A DNA stretch of 64,000 nucleotides from Candidatus Magasanikiibacteriota bacterium (GCA_041674805.1 JBAYVA010000004.1:30069-94068); one strand, 5' to 3'. Numbered from the stretch's first letter, positions 17,590-27,796 are shown. Notes: generated from the sequence alone by a model not told the origin. A program made the numbers and translations.

Positions 17590-18573
17590 TTACCTTATAT
17601 TCTTATTTTTTTCAATTGTGGACCAAACATTTTCTATAGCTTCTTCAATAGGACCATTTATTTCAAAACCAGCAGCTTTTTTGTGTCCACCACCACCAAA
17701 TAATCTGGCAATTTGTGAAAGATCTAAGGTATCTAAAGTAGTTCTAGTACTGACTTTTACATTGCCATTAGCTTTTTCTTTGAAAAGAAATATAGCTTGT
17801 CCTTCAGTAAGATGATTCATCATGTTTGATAATCCTCCAATTTCTTCTTCGCCCAAATTATATTTTTGTAAGTCAGCTTGTTTTATATAAGTATAAACAA
17901 TATTATTTTTTTCATTTATATTTAAACGATTGAGTACAGTACCCCATAATTGTAAAATAGCAATATTTTTGTCTAAAACGATATAATCGTGTATTTTTTT
18001 GAATTTGGCTCCTTTGTTTACTAGGTAACTAGCCATAGACAAGGCTTCTTTTGATGTGGCAGCATTAGAAAAGTTATCAGTATCTGTAATAAGACCTGTG
18101 AGTAATGCTGTAGCCATTTCACTATTTATTTTTATTTTATTTACTAAAAAGTAGTTGTATATTACTTCTACTGTGGAAGATAAAGTTTCTCTTACTAAAT
18201 TGAAGTTGCCATATTGAATATTACTAGCATGGTGATCTATGTTGATGATAAAAGGTTTTTTTTGGTTTTTTATAAATTCATCAATGCCGGCATAAGATAG
18301 GTCTCCTGAATCAAAAACCAAAATAGCTCCAAATTGTGTTTTCCAGGTATCTGGATGAGTTTGTATTTGGTCAATATTTTTTAGATATTCAAATTGTTTT
18401 GAAGCCGGTGTTTTGCAAAATAGAGTGTATTTTTTGTTTAATTGTTCCAACATTTGGGAAAATGAGGAAACAGAACTACAAGCGTCGCCATCAGGATTTT
18501 GATGTGCTACTAGCAAAAAATTGTCCTTTTGAAGGATTTCAGAGTGAATTTGTTTGGCTATTCTATGTGGCAT
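17590..18573 (-). CDS. nrnA: DHH/DHHA1 phosphoesterase (NrnA-like nanoRNase/pAp phosphatase)
   Basis: DHH motifs LVAHQNPDGDA, FDSGD and NIDHH, with a C-terminal DHHA1 motif GGGH (FGGGGHKKAAG). Confidence 0.75.
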   Translation of the reverse strand: MPHRIAKQIHSEILQKDNFLLVAHQNPDGDACSSVSSFSQMLEQLNKKYTLFCKTPASKQFEYLKNIDQIQTHPDTWKTQFGAILVFDSGDLSYAGIDEFIKNQKKPFIINIDHHASNIQYGNFNLVRETLSSTVEVIYNYFLVNKIKINSEMATALLTGLITDTDNFSNAATSKEALSMASYLVNKGAKFKKIHDYIVLDKNIAILQLWGTVLNRLNINEKNNIVYTYIKQADLQKYNLGEEEIGGLSNMMNHLTEGQAIFLFKEKANGNVKVSTRTTLDTLDLSQIARLFGGGGHKKAAGFEINGPIEEAIENVWSTIEKNKNIR

Positions 18574-18752
18574 ATTTGTCTTATTTTACAGCCAGCCATT
18601 ATATCTGATATTCATATTATTGTCAACTATCAAGAAAAAAGGTATAATAGATGTAATTTGTAGAATAACTATTACTTATTTTATAGTTTGTCTTATTTAT
18701 ACAGTTTTTAGTTAAAAGTTTGTAAAGTTCATTCCGCCCAAGGCGGACAAGA

Positions 18753-18818
18753 AAGTTTATAAAGTAATTTGATTGTATATTTATTTTAAAAAACTTTATA
18801 AACTTTTAACTTTATAAA
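18753..18818. repeat. cluster of TTTATAAA-core motifs (ACTTTATAAAC / GTTTATAAAGT) upstream of smc
   Basis: aagtttataaagt, then actttataaac twice. Same family as the motifs at 28915-29009 and 50093-50133. Confidence 0.55.
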
Positions 18819-18895
18819 CTATTTTTATAATAAAATGATATATACTTTAGAAAGTAGTATTTTGTTTAATATTTAATTTATCGTTTGAGTAGTGT

Positions 18896-21800
18896 ATGTA
18901 CGTAAAAAAACTTGAGATAAATGGTTTTAAATCTTTTGCCAGTAATACTGTAATAGATTTTCCTGCACCAAAAAATTCTGGACAATATAGTGTTACTGCT
19001 ATTGTCGGTCCAAACGGTAGTGGTAAGAGTAATGTTGTAGATGCTATTCGTTGGGTGTTGGGTGAACAAAGTATGAAGCATCTTCGTGGCAAAAAAAGTG
19101 AGGACGTTATTTTTGCAGGTTCAGAAGGTAAAGGGAAAATGGGCTTGGCTAGTGTTACAATGTTATTAGATAATAAAGATAAAAGAATAAAAATAGATTA
19201 TGATGAAGTAGAAATTTCTAGAAAAATTTATCGTTCAGGTGAAAGTGAATATTTATTAAATGGTAGTCCAACTAGATTGTTGGATTTGCAAATTCTTTTG
19301 GCACAAGCACAATTTGGTCAAGGATCTTATTCTGTAATTAGTCAGGGTACTATTGATAGACTACTTTTGCAAACACCGGCAGAAAGAAAGAATTTTTTTG
19401 ATGAAGCTGTTGGTATCAAAGAATTTCAAATCAAACGTCATCATGCTGTCTTAAAACTTAATAAAACACAAGAAAATATCAATCAAGCAGATTTGATGCT
19501 CAAAGAAATAGAACCTCATTTGAAAAATTTGAAACGTCAAGTTGGTAAATTGGAAAAAAGACAAGAAGTAGAAATATCTCTACGTGATTTGCAAGAAAAG
19601 TATTATTTTACTTTGCATGATAATTTGTCTTTGGATTTGGAAAAATTGCAATCAGAGCATGACAATGTTAGTAAAATTTATGAAGAAGTGAATGTTCGTC
19701 TTTTGTCTGTCCAAAATGAATTGTCAAAATTAGCTCAAGAAAAATCTAGACAAGAAGTTTTTACAGAGTTACAAGATGAATATCAAAAGCTTTTACAAGG
19801 AAAAAATTCTTTGGAAAGAGATCAAGCTATTGTTTCTGGAAAGTTGCAAACTGAATTTGGTAAAGTAGGTAAACAAAATATTGGTTGGCTTGAATCCAAA
19901 ATAGATGAATTTTTGCAACAAGAAAAAAATATTGAAAAAGATATTGAAGGGCAAGATAAAAGAAAAGAAGAAATTTCTAATAAAATGAAGTCTGTTTCTT
20001 TGGATATTGAAGATTTTCAAAATAAAAAAATAAAATTACAAAACAGACAGTTGGAAATAGAACACAATTTAAATGAATTAAAACAAGGCAAAGATAGTAT
20101 TCAATTTGAAGGTTTGCGTGCTGTTAATGCTATTTTGATGCAAGTTCCTGGCAAATTTGGTGGCAAAGTACACGGTTTGGTGGCGCAGTTGGCCAAAGTA
20201 GACGAAAAGTATCGTTTGGCTTTGGAAGTGGCTGCTCAGGCTCATCTGGGTGCTATTGTGGTAGAAAATGATAGTGTCGCTCAATCAGCTATTGAATTTT
20301 TGAAAAAGCAACAATTGGGATTTGCAACATTTTTGCCTTTGAACAAAATAAAAGGACGTTTTGTACCAAATGATATCAAAGAGTTAGAAAATACTACTGG
20401 TGTTTATGGTTTGGCAGTAAACTTAGTAAATTATGATCTTATTTACGATGATGTTTTTTCTTATGTTTTTGGTTCTACTTTGATTGTAGAAAATATAGAT
20501 ATTGCTCGCAAAATAGGCATTGGGCGTGTACGTATGGTAACTCTGGAAGGGGATATCATGGAAACTAGTGGTTCTATGAAAGGTGGTTTTAGACATAGTA
20601 AAAAAGGAGTTTTGTCTTTTGCTGGTGGCAATCAAGATTTTAGTGAATATGCTTATGAACAATTGAAACAAGAACTTTTGGAAAATAAAATCAAGTTGGA
20701 CAAAATGGAAATAGCTATTGAAAATCTCAAAGAAAATTTGATGGAACAACGTATGCAAGAGCAAATGCAAAGTCAAAAAATTGGACTTTTACAAAATAGT
20801 TTGAAAGATGTTTCTAAAGAATTATCACAGTTTAAACAAGAATTATCAATGCATACTTTGTCAAAAGAAGAATATAGTGAAATGATGAATACTTTTTCTA
20901 GTCAAAAAGAAGAATTGTCAACAAAAATACAAGTTTTGGAAGATAATATCTCACAAGTAAACAAAAAAATAGAACAATTGAATGCTGAAGAAGAAGCTAA
21001 AAGACAAAGAATTTTTTCTTTGCAAGATAGTATGCAAGAAGAACAAGAATCTTTGAATAAGCAAGCTGATGAAAAACATAAGTTGCAAGTAGAAATTGTA
21101 AAATTACAAACACACAGAGAAGATTTGGAACAAGAAATTTTTACAGAATTACAAGAAGGTATTGGTAATATAAAAGTAAGATTGACTGACAAATTTTTGC
21201 AAGAAGAATTGGAGTCTTGCAAAATTGAAATAGAAAAATTGAAATATCAATTGTCTTTGATTGGGGGAATTGATGAAAGTGTGATGGGTGAGTATGAAGA
21301 GATAAAAGCTCGTTATGATTCATTATCTTTTGAATTGGATGATTTGAGTAAAGCTTCTGCTGATTTGGAAAAAATGATTGAAGAGTTAGACAAGTTGATG
21401 AAGAAAAAACATAAAGAAAGTTTCAATAAAATTAAAAAAGAATTTAGTAGATATTTCAAAGTATTATTTGAAGGTGGTAGTGCTGAGTTGGTAGAAGTGT
21501 ATGGTACTGAAAAAGATGAAGATGAGATGGTATTAGAAGGTGAAGTACTTTCAAGTGAAAATTTGCAGGAAACTGATGATTTGGGAAATCCTGTAGAAAA
21601 GAAAAACAAAAGAAAAATTTTGACAGGTGTGGAAGTCTATGCTTGTCCTCCAGGGAAAAAAATAAAAAATATTTCAGCACTGTCTGGTGGTGAGAGAACT
21701 ATGACGTCTATTGCACTTCTTTGTGCTATTTTGCATACTAATCCTTCACCATTTGTAATTTTGGACGAAGTAGAAGCTGCTCTTGATGAAGCCAATACAA

Positions 21801-21958
21801 CTCGTTTTACCAAGATTTTGACAGAGTTGTCTTTACAATCACAATTCATCGTTATTACTCATAATAGAGTGACTATGCACGCTGTAGATGTACTCTACGG
21901 TGTAACAATGGGTAATGACGGTATTAGTAAATTGCTTAGTGTCAAATTGGATAATTAA
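18896..21958 (+). CDS. smc: chromosome segregation protein SMC
   Basis: N-terminal Walker A GPNGSGKSN, long coiled coils, hinge, C-terminal signature LSGGERTMTSIALL and Walker B FVILDEVEAALD. Confidence 0.85.
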   Translation: MYVKKLEINGFKSFASNTVIDFPAPKNSGQYSVTAIVGPNGSGKSNVVDAIRWVLGEQSMKHLRGKKSEDVIFAGSEGKGKMGLASVTMLLDNKDKRIKIDYDEVEISRKIYRSGESEYLLNGSPTRLLDLQILLAQAQFGQGSYSVISQGTIDRLLLQTPAERKNFFDEAVGIKEFQIKRHHAVLKLNKTQENINQADLMLKEIEPHLKNLKRQVGKLEKRQEVEISLRDLQEKYYFTLHDNLSLDLEKLQSEHDNVSKIYEEVNVRLLSVQNELSKLAQEKSRQEVFTELQDEYQKLLQGKNSLERDQAIVSGKLQTEFGKVGKQNIGWLESKIDEFLQQEKNIEKDIEGQDKRKEEISNKMKSVSLDIEDFQNKKIKLQNRQLEIEHNLNELKQGKDSIQFEGLRAVNAILMQVPGKFGGKVHGLVAQLAKVDEKYRLALEVAAQAHLGAIVVENDSVAQSAIEFLKKQQLGFATFLPLNKIKGRFVPNDIKELENTTGVYGLAVNLVNYDLIYDDVFSYVFGSTLIVENIDIARKIGIGRVRMVTLEGDIMETSGSMKGGFRHSKKGVLSFAGGNQDFSEYAYEQLKQELLENKIKLDKMEIAIENLKENLMEQRMQEQMQSQKIGLLQNSLKDVSKELSQFKQELSMHTLSKEEYSEMMNTFSSQKEELSTKIQVLEDNISQVNKKIEQLNAEEEAKRQRIFSLQDSMQEEQESLNKQADEKHKLQVEIVKLQTHREDLEQEIFTELQEGIGNIKVRLTDKFLQEELESCKIEIEKLKYQLSLIGGIDESVMGEYEEIKARYDSLSFELDDLSKASADLEKMIEELDKLMKKKHKESFNKIKKEFSRYFKVLFEGGSAELVEVYGTEKDEDEMVLEGEVLSSENLQETDDLGNPVEKKNKRKILTGVEVYACPPGKKIKNISALSGGERTMTSIALLCAILHTNPSPFVILDEVEAALDEANTTRFTKILTELSLQSQFIVITHNRVTMHAVDVLYGVTMGNDGISKLLSVKLDN

Positions 21959-21984
21959 TTTTATATTTTTAACTTTCTTATTGT

Positions 21985-22149
21985 ATGGTAAAAAACACAA
22001 AAAATTCTATTATTAATATTCTTGCTGATTTCAAAAAAAATGTGACTGTTTTGAAAGCAAAGAGAACAAAAATTGTGAAAGATTTTCAAAAAAAAATTAA
22101 AGATGTTGAAATAAAAAAGTTACAAAAAAATATAAAAAAGATAGTTTAA
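21985..22149 (+). CDS. small basic hypothetical protein (54 aa)
   Basis: ATG-initiated ORF MVKNTKNSIINILADFKKNVTVLKAKRTKIV..., K-rich, in an otherwise empty 213-bp spacer. It is not in the 60-aa-and-over track. Confidence 0.25.
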   Translation: MVKNTKNSIINILADFKKNVTVLKAKRTKIVKDFQKKIKDVEIKKLQKNIKKIV

Positions 22150-22171
22150 TTTATTTTTTTAATATAAATAT

Positions 22172-24481
22172 ATGAGTATACACGATGCAATTAAAGAAGG
22201 TGAACATACACAGGAGTTTCAGCCTAGTGTTGCTGAAGCGAAGAATGAAACTCATCAAAAAATAATAGAACTTTTGGAAAATGTACCTGCTGTCCTTAAT
22301 AGTGAAGTGGCTACTACTAAACAGCTAGTTTTTGAGATGATAGAAAGAGCAAAATCTGTTGATCTTGATGCTGAGGATATCTCCGCATTTGAGGATGCTA
22401 TGAAAAATATTGTGAAAGAACTGGAAGTGCTTGCGCAGAAAGTACAGATACAATTGAATGCTATTCAAGCTACTAATGAATTAGTTGCTAGTGGTATTCT
22501 TTCTGTAGAAGATGTACCTGAAGCAGATCCTATAAATTTGGGTGTTTTTCAACAAAGTGTTAGATCAGTGATGTCTCAGGTCAGTGGTGAATTGTCAGCT
22601 ATTGTTAATAAAAATGTACAAGAAAGGTATCGTAGAAGAGCTAGAATTAATTTTGCTGACACATTAAACAGATCTGGATTGAAAAGTTCTCATATAGAAT
22701 TATTTACCATTCCTCCACTTGAACCTTCAGATGTCTTGCAAAAACAAAGGGTAGCTTTTGAGAATGCAAAAAATTCGGCTTCTTTGTCTCAAGATGTGTT
22801 AACAAGAGCAGAAAATAATTTAAGAGCATTAGAACAAAAAGAACAAATTGCCTGGGATGCTTCACACGCTGGCAATTCTGAAGAGATTGCACTTTTGGAT
22901 AGTATTCGTACTGCTTTGGATACGGGAACCTTGGATAAATTATTTGCTAAAAAAGGATTTGATACTGAAAAAGCTGTTAAATTGATTGCTACTCAAATTC
23001 GTGAGAAAGCATTTTCTCTTGATGGTATAGGTAATGATATATTAAAAGAACTTCCAGAAGAAGTTATAAAGGCTATTGTGCAAGATATGTCTGATGAGGA
23101 AATGTGGAAGACTATTAGAGAAATGTCTATGATTGTTGCTGGGAAAAAAACAATTTCATACATATACATAAGCAAACCATACCAGGAAAGATCAAAAAAA
23201 TTAATAAGAACACAGGCAGATGCAATAAAAGTTTTTGATGATTTTTCTATTTATAATAATACATTGGGAAGATTGGTTGATGCTTTGAAAGAAAAATCGG
23301 TAGATAAAAATAATATTCGTGATAAGGCGGTAATGGAATTAAAGGATGTGGCTATAGCTATAAAGGTAATGAAAGATAGTAATGATCCTAATTTGACGTA
23401 TGTTAATTTATTTCCAGATGTACAAGATGATTTTGATAAGTTTATAGAACAAATTGAAACATCTCCAAATTTACAACCTTCTGATATCTTCCAATTTGTT
23501 ACAAAAATTAAGGAGACTTTGTTTCATCCAATAAATAGAATCAAAGAAACTTCATACATTAGTTCTTCTGCTGTAGATGGGGCCACTAGTCTGTATCAAG
23601 ACCAATTGAGGCAATCAGAAGCAAAAAACAGTAGGGAAAGAGAAATTAAGGGAGTAATTAGTGGTGTTTTGAGTGAGTTGTTATCATATAAAGTAGATGA
23701 TTATATAAGAGAAAAATTTGACCTTAATAAGTTAGAAGGTCATTTAAGTTCTATTTCTGCATCTGTTCACGATTATATTTGTGCTGTAAAACTTTGTGAA
23801 TTGCAAGAGCAAGCATATAGAGAATTTAGGAGCAAACCTTTTTTGGGTCAAAATAGAAAAATAGAATTGACTGATGCTCAAAAAGATGCTATTACAGCTA
23901 TTGCACAACTAGAAGGTCAAGAAGATCCTGGTGTTGGGGGAATTAAATTTGTTGATTATAATAAAGAAAGGAATAAAATGTCAGTAAAAAGAGGTATTAT
24001 GGAAGAAAAGAGGATGATTGTTATAAATCAAGTATCTAGATTTAGTACGCCAAATCTAGCTGTGATCAGTAACCTCATGCCCACAAGAGAACAAGTGGTA
24101 TCTTCTGTTTTAGAAAAATTAAAAAGAATTGAAGAAAAAAAATTGGGTGGAAGCTTTTATGTTGATGAATCATTGTTGAAAATAGAAGCCGAAACGTTTG
24201 TTCCTGATATAAAAGAATTACAAAGATCAATAGCAAAAAAAATACTTGCAACAGCAAAAAAATATATGGATTTGCTAGATAAAGCAATAGTATCTTATGA
24301 TACTAAAAATATAGAGGGAATGCAGATAGAATTATCTAATATGGAGACTGTTAATGAAAAAGTAGATTCTTCTTATAAAGAAGTAGTTACTTCTGGAGGA
24401 GGGGGACGTGTGTTGGGAGTATTACAATCTGTTAAGAAGGATCTTCAAGAAATGTTAGATGGTTTTTCAAAATATGAATAA
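22172..24481 (+). CDS. large hypothetical protein (769 aa, predicted all-alpha/coiled-coil, no TM)
   Basis: Long uninterrupted ORF; no recognisable catalytic motifs. Confidence 0.55.
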   Translation: MSIHDAIKEGEHTQEFQPSVAEAKNETHQKIIELLENVPAVLNSEVATTKQLVFEMIERAKSVDLDAEDISAFEDAMKNIVKELEVLAQKVQIQLNAIQATNELVASGILSVEDVPEADPINLGVFQQSVRSVMSQVSGELSAIVNKNVQERYRRRARINFADTLNRSGLKSSHIELFTIPPLEPSDVLQKQRVAFENAKNSASLSQDVLTRAENNLRALEQKEQIAWDASHAGNSEEIALLDSIRTALDTGTLDKLFAKKGFDTEKAVKLIATQIREKAFSLDGIGNDILKELPEEVIKAIVQDMSDEEMWKTIREMSMIVAGKKTISYIYISKPYQERSKKLIRTQADAIKVFDDFSIYNNTLGRLVDALKEKSVDKNNIRDKAVMELKDVAIAIKVMKDSNDPNLTYVNLFPDVQDDFDKFIEQIETSPNLQPSDIFQFVTKIKETLFHPINRIKETSYISSSAVDGATSLYQDQLRQSEAKNSREREIKGVISGVLSELLSYKVDDYIREKFDLNKLEGHLSSISASVHDYICAVKLCELQEQAYREFRSKPFLGQNRKIELTDAQKDAITAIAQLEGQEDPGVGGIKFVDYNKERNKMSVKRGIMEEKRMIVINQVSRFSTPNLAVISNLMPTREQVVSSVLEKLKRIEEKKLGGSFYVDESLLKIEAETFVPDIKELQRSIAKKILATAKKYMDLLDKAIVSYDTKNIEGMQIELSNMETVNEKVDSSYKEVVTSGGGGRVLGVLQSVKKDLQEMLDGFSKYE

Positions 24482-24510
24482 ACTATTTGAAGTTAAATTA
24501 AATAATTAAT

Positions 24511-25083
24511 ATGAGAGATAAACCATTTGATTTTAGTATACGTAGTGAAAGTGAAGGTATTATTGGTTTGAGTGATAGTATTGAAGATGTTAATAGTCAT
24601 AGTGAAAAAGAATCTTCACCTGATTTGGAAAAATGCCAAAGAATAATTTGGAAAAAAATTTTAGAAGATAAAGATTTCTTTAAAGGTTTATCTAAATTTT
24701 CTATATCTGCTAAGACAATTGCTAAAATGAATGGATTAAGATTACCTTATCAAGCTACTCGGGAGGATATTCAAAAATGTAGTTCTAAAAAAGAAATTAG
24801 AGATATTAAAAAATTGTTGTTTGATAAAATTATTGATCAGATAAATGTATATAATTTAGAAAATGGTTATTTTCCTTTCCCTACTGTTTTACCTGATATA
24901 AATTTTGAAGAATCAGAAAAATTTCAGTTTGATGTCTTTGTAAATAACGGTTTACAAAAAGTTACTTTTTTGTGTACTTTGTCTTATGAATGTGTTTATG
25001 GTTATGATTGTCCTATTTTGGAAGTTATAGATATTGTTCAATATAGTCAGTCGGTTTATGATTTTAATACTTTGAATACTTGA
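24511..25083 (+). CDS. hypothetical protein (190 aa)
   Basis: ORF 30 nt downstream of the 769-aa gene; no motifs. Confidence 0.5.
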   Translation: MRDKPFDFSIRSESEGIIGLSDSIEDVNSHSEKESSPDLEKCQRIIWKKILEDKDFFKGLSKFSISAKTIAKMNGLRLPYQATREDIQKCSSKKEIRDIKKLLFDKIIDQINVYNLENGYFPFPTVLPDINFEESEKFQFDVFVNNGLQKVTFLCTLSYECVYGYDCPILEVIDIVQYSQSVYDFNTLNT

Positions 25084-25165
25084 CAAATAAAACCTTATCT
25101 GTTAGAATAGTTTTCGTAAACCGTCACCCGCTCTAGATAGGTTTATTTATATAAAAAGAAATATT

Positions 25166-25528
25166 ATGTTGACTATTCGTCTACAAAGAATTGGTAAAAG
25201 AAAACAACCAACTTATCGTTTTATCGTTTCAGAAAAACGTCACGATACACAATACAATAGTTTGGAAATTTTAGGTCATTATTCTCCTACACAAAATCCA
25301 AAAATATTGGAATTGAATAAAGATCGTATAAAACATTGGTTGTCTGTTGGTGCTCAAACATCAAATACTGTAAATAATTTGTTTGTAAGAGAAGGTTTGG
25401 TTGAAGGTAAAAAAAGAAAATCTGTTACAATCAGTAACAAACGCCAAACAAAACTTACTACAAAAAAAGCTGAAGAAGCAACAAAAAAAGAAGCCGCAGC
25501 AGCTAAAGCAGCTGAAGCACAAGCTTAA
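25166..25528 (+). CDS. rpsP: 30S ribosomal protein S16 with Ala/Lys-rich C-terminal tail
   Basis: MLTIRLQRIGKRKQPTYRFIVSEKR... matches the bS16 N-terminus. Confidence 0.85.
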   Translation: MLTIRLQRIGKRKQPTYRFIVSEKRHDTQYNSLEILGHYSPTQNPKILELNKDRIKHWLSVGAQTSNTVNNLFVREGLVEGKKRKSVTISNKRQTKLTTKKAEEATKKEAAAAKAAEAQA

Positions 25529-25544
25529 AAAATACATATTTAAA

Positions 25545-25572
25545 AAATCTCGTTAAAAGCGAGATTTTTTGT
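25545..25572 (+). terminator. rho-independent terminator after rpsP
   Basis: Hairpin atctcg-ttaaaag-cgagat followed by TTTTTTGTTTT. Confidence 0.65.
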
Positions 25573-25654
25573 TTTATATGAGCGACTTGAAAAAAAATGT
25601 ATTAAATAGTAAACTGTAGATGATATGTATTTTTAGATTAATAACTTATTTTAT

Positions 25655-27661
25655 ATGCAAAAGATTTTAGAACGTATTTTGAAAATTCTTATTGGAACAA
25701 CTTTTTTTATTCCTTTGCTTGTTTTGCCAAAAGTTTATATATTTCCGTTTATCGTACCAAAGATTATTTATTTTCGCTCTCTTGTCTTGCTCATGCTTGG
25801 TGTATATTTGATTTTGTTGTTTGCAAATTTTGCTAAGTATCGTCCTAGATTTTCTTGGTTGCATGTCAGTGTTTTGGCATTTTTTTCCTCTTTCTTGATT
25901 TCTACTTTTTTAGGTGTGGATTGGTATAAGAGTTTTTGGGATAGTCACGAGAGAATGCTTGGAGCTTTTACTATTTTTCATTATATAATTTATTATATTA
26001 TTGTGAGTAGTGTTTTGCATAGTTGGGATGATTGGAAAAATTTGTTGCGTACATTTTTGTTGGCTGGTTCTGTAGTCATGTTTATTGGTCTTTTACAAAG
26101 ATATGCTGATCCAGAAATGCTTTTGAATAGAGGTAGCGAAAGAGTTTCGGCTACACTTGGTAATGCTATATATTTTAGTGGCTATGGTTTGTTTTTGTTT
26201 TTTGTAGGTGCTCTTTTGGCTGTCAAAGACAAATTGAAATTGGTTAAGAATCAAATGTTTTCTTTTGAAGCTTCTTGGTTTTGGTTTGAAGTATTAGCTG
26301 CTTTGCTTGGTTTTTGGGGAATATTTTTGGGTGGTACTAGAGGAGCGTTGGTTGCTTGGTTGTTAGCTATTATTATTTTAAGTTTGGTATATTTTTTTAC
26401 ATTAAAAGAACAGAAAAAATTGAAGCAAATAGTTTCTTTATTTTTCTTAAGTATGTTGACTATTTTTGGAGTATTGTTTATAAATAGAAATACTGAATTT
26501 GTTCAAAATTTGCCAACAGTTGGACGTCTGTTTTCTACAGATATATCTAATACAAATACTAGAGTTATGGCTTGGGGAGTGGCTTTGGATGCTTGGCAAG
26601 AAAAACCAATTTTTGGTTGGGGTCCAAATAATTATTATTATGCTTTCAATAAGTATTATCGTCCAGAATTTTTGCAATATGGTTTTACTGAAACTTGGTT
26701 TGACAATGCACATAGTGTAATCATGAATACTTTGGCTGTGCAAGGTGTGGTTGGTATTGTATTGTATGTGAGTATGTTTTTACTTGCTAGTTGGTTGTTG
26801 ATAAAGAAATATAGAGAAGGTAATTTGGATGTTCATATTTTGGCTTTTTCTTTGGCTTTTTTGTGGGCTCATTTTATTAGCGTTGCTACTGTTTTTGATA
26901 ATCCTACTTCATATTTATATTTCTTTTTCTTCTTGGCTATGGTAAATTTTTTGACAGAAAATAAAAGAGAAGAAAATCTAACTAAAAATTATAAACAAAT
27001 TTCAATAGGTATTTCAGTTTTAGTTTCTGTTTTTATTCTTATTTTATTATATAGTACAAATATTAATCCAGCTCGTGCTAACAAAGCGACTTTGCGTGCT
27101 ATCCAGAATTTGACGTCAGGCAAAGCTTTTGAAGCTGATTATGAATTGGCTTTGAAAACGCCTAGTCCTCATATAGATGATATTAGAAATGATATTTCTA
27201 GATTTTTTACTGAAGTGATCACTCAAATTTTTAAAGATACAAAAATAAAAGATAAATGGGCTGTGGCTGAAAATTTTTATAATTTGGCTGTAAATAATTT
27301 GGAAGAAAATTTGAAGATTCATCCTAATGATATTCGTGTAAGTTTACAATTGTCTCAGTTGAAGTTGATAGGTGCTTCAGCTACTCAAGATGTAAAATTG
27401 TTGCAAGAGTCTGAAAAGATTTTGGAAGATGCTTTGTTATTATCTCCAAAGAGACAACAAATACAATATTTATTGTCAAATGTCAAACAACAATTGCAAA
27501 AACCAGAAGAAGCTGAACAATTGTTGAGAGATAGTATTTCAAATGATCCTTTGATTGCAAATGGCTGGCAACAGCTTGAAAGTTTGTACAAAGCTATGGG
27601 TGAAAATGAAAAAGCAAAGGCGTTGCATGAAGAAGCTGTGGAAAAGGGAATATCTTTTTAA
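25655..27661 (+). CDS. O-antigen ligase/polymerase (Wzy_C)-family polytopic membrane protein with C-terminal TPR region
   Basis: About 12 TM helices with a large loop containing GGTRGALVAWLLA (Wzy_C-like); a soluble C-terminal roughly 200 aa with TPR-like repeats. Confidence 0.5.
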   Translation: MQKILERILKILIGTTFFIPLLVLPKVYIFPFIVPKIIYFRSLVLLMLGVYLILLFANFAKYRPRFSWLHVSVLAFFSSFLISTFLGVDWYKSFWDSHERMLGAFTIFHYIIYYIIVSSVLHSWDDWKNLLRTFLLAGSVVMFIGLLQRYADPEMLLNRGSERVSATLGNAIYFSGYGLFLFFVGALLAVKDKLKLVKNQMFSFEASWFWFEVLAALLGFWGIFLGGTRGALVAWLLAIIILSLVYFFTLKEQKKLKQIVSLFFLSMLTIFGVLFINRNTEFVQNLPTVGRLFSTDISNTNTRVMAWGVALDAWQEKPIFGWGPNNYYYAFNKYYRPEFLQYGFTETWFDNAHSVIMNTLAVQGVVGIVLYVSMFLLASWLLIKKYREGNLDVHILAFSLAFLWAHFISVATVFDNPTSYLYFFFFLAMVNFLTENKREENLTKNYKQISIGISVLVSVFILILLYSTNINPARANKATLRAIQNLTSGKAFEADYELALKTPSPHIDDIRNDISRFFTEVITQIFKDTKIKDKWAVAENFYNLAVNNLEENLKIHPNDIRVSLQLSQLKLIGASATQDVKLLQESEKILEDALLLSPKRQQIQYLLSNVKQQLQKPEEAEQLLRDSISNDPLIANGWQQLESLYKAMGENEKAKALHEEAVEKGISF

Positions 27662-27675
27662 TTTAGAAATTTAGG

Positions 27676-27796
27676 AATTTTAAATTTTAAATTATCTGTT
27701 TGCCTATGTGGTGCGAGCGGAAATATTTTTTAATTTATAAATGAAATTATTTTTATTCTCTTAATTTAGCAGACAAACAAGTTAAAATTTAAAATT
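27676..27796. repeat. imperfect long-range inverted repeat between the wzy-like gene and gmd
   Basis: Left arm aattttaaattttaaattatctgtttgc. Right arm gcagacaaacaagttaaaatttaaaatt (15/15 outer match). Roughly 65-bp spacer with a GC-rich core gtggtgcgagcgg. Confidence 0.4.

Noticed and set aside
17483-17815. 110-aa plus-strand ORF overlapping the clpP 5' end and the nrnA 3' end
   Set aside because: Entirely antisense to two well-supported genes; low-complexity hydrophobic translation typical of AT-rich antisense frames.
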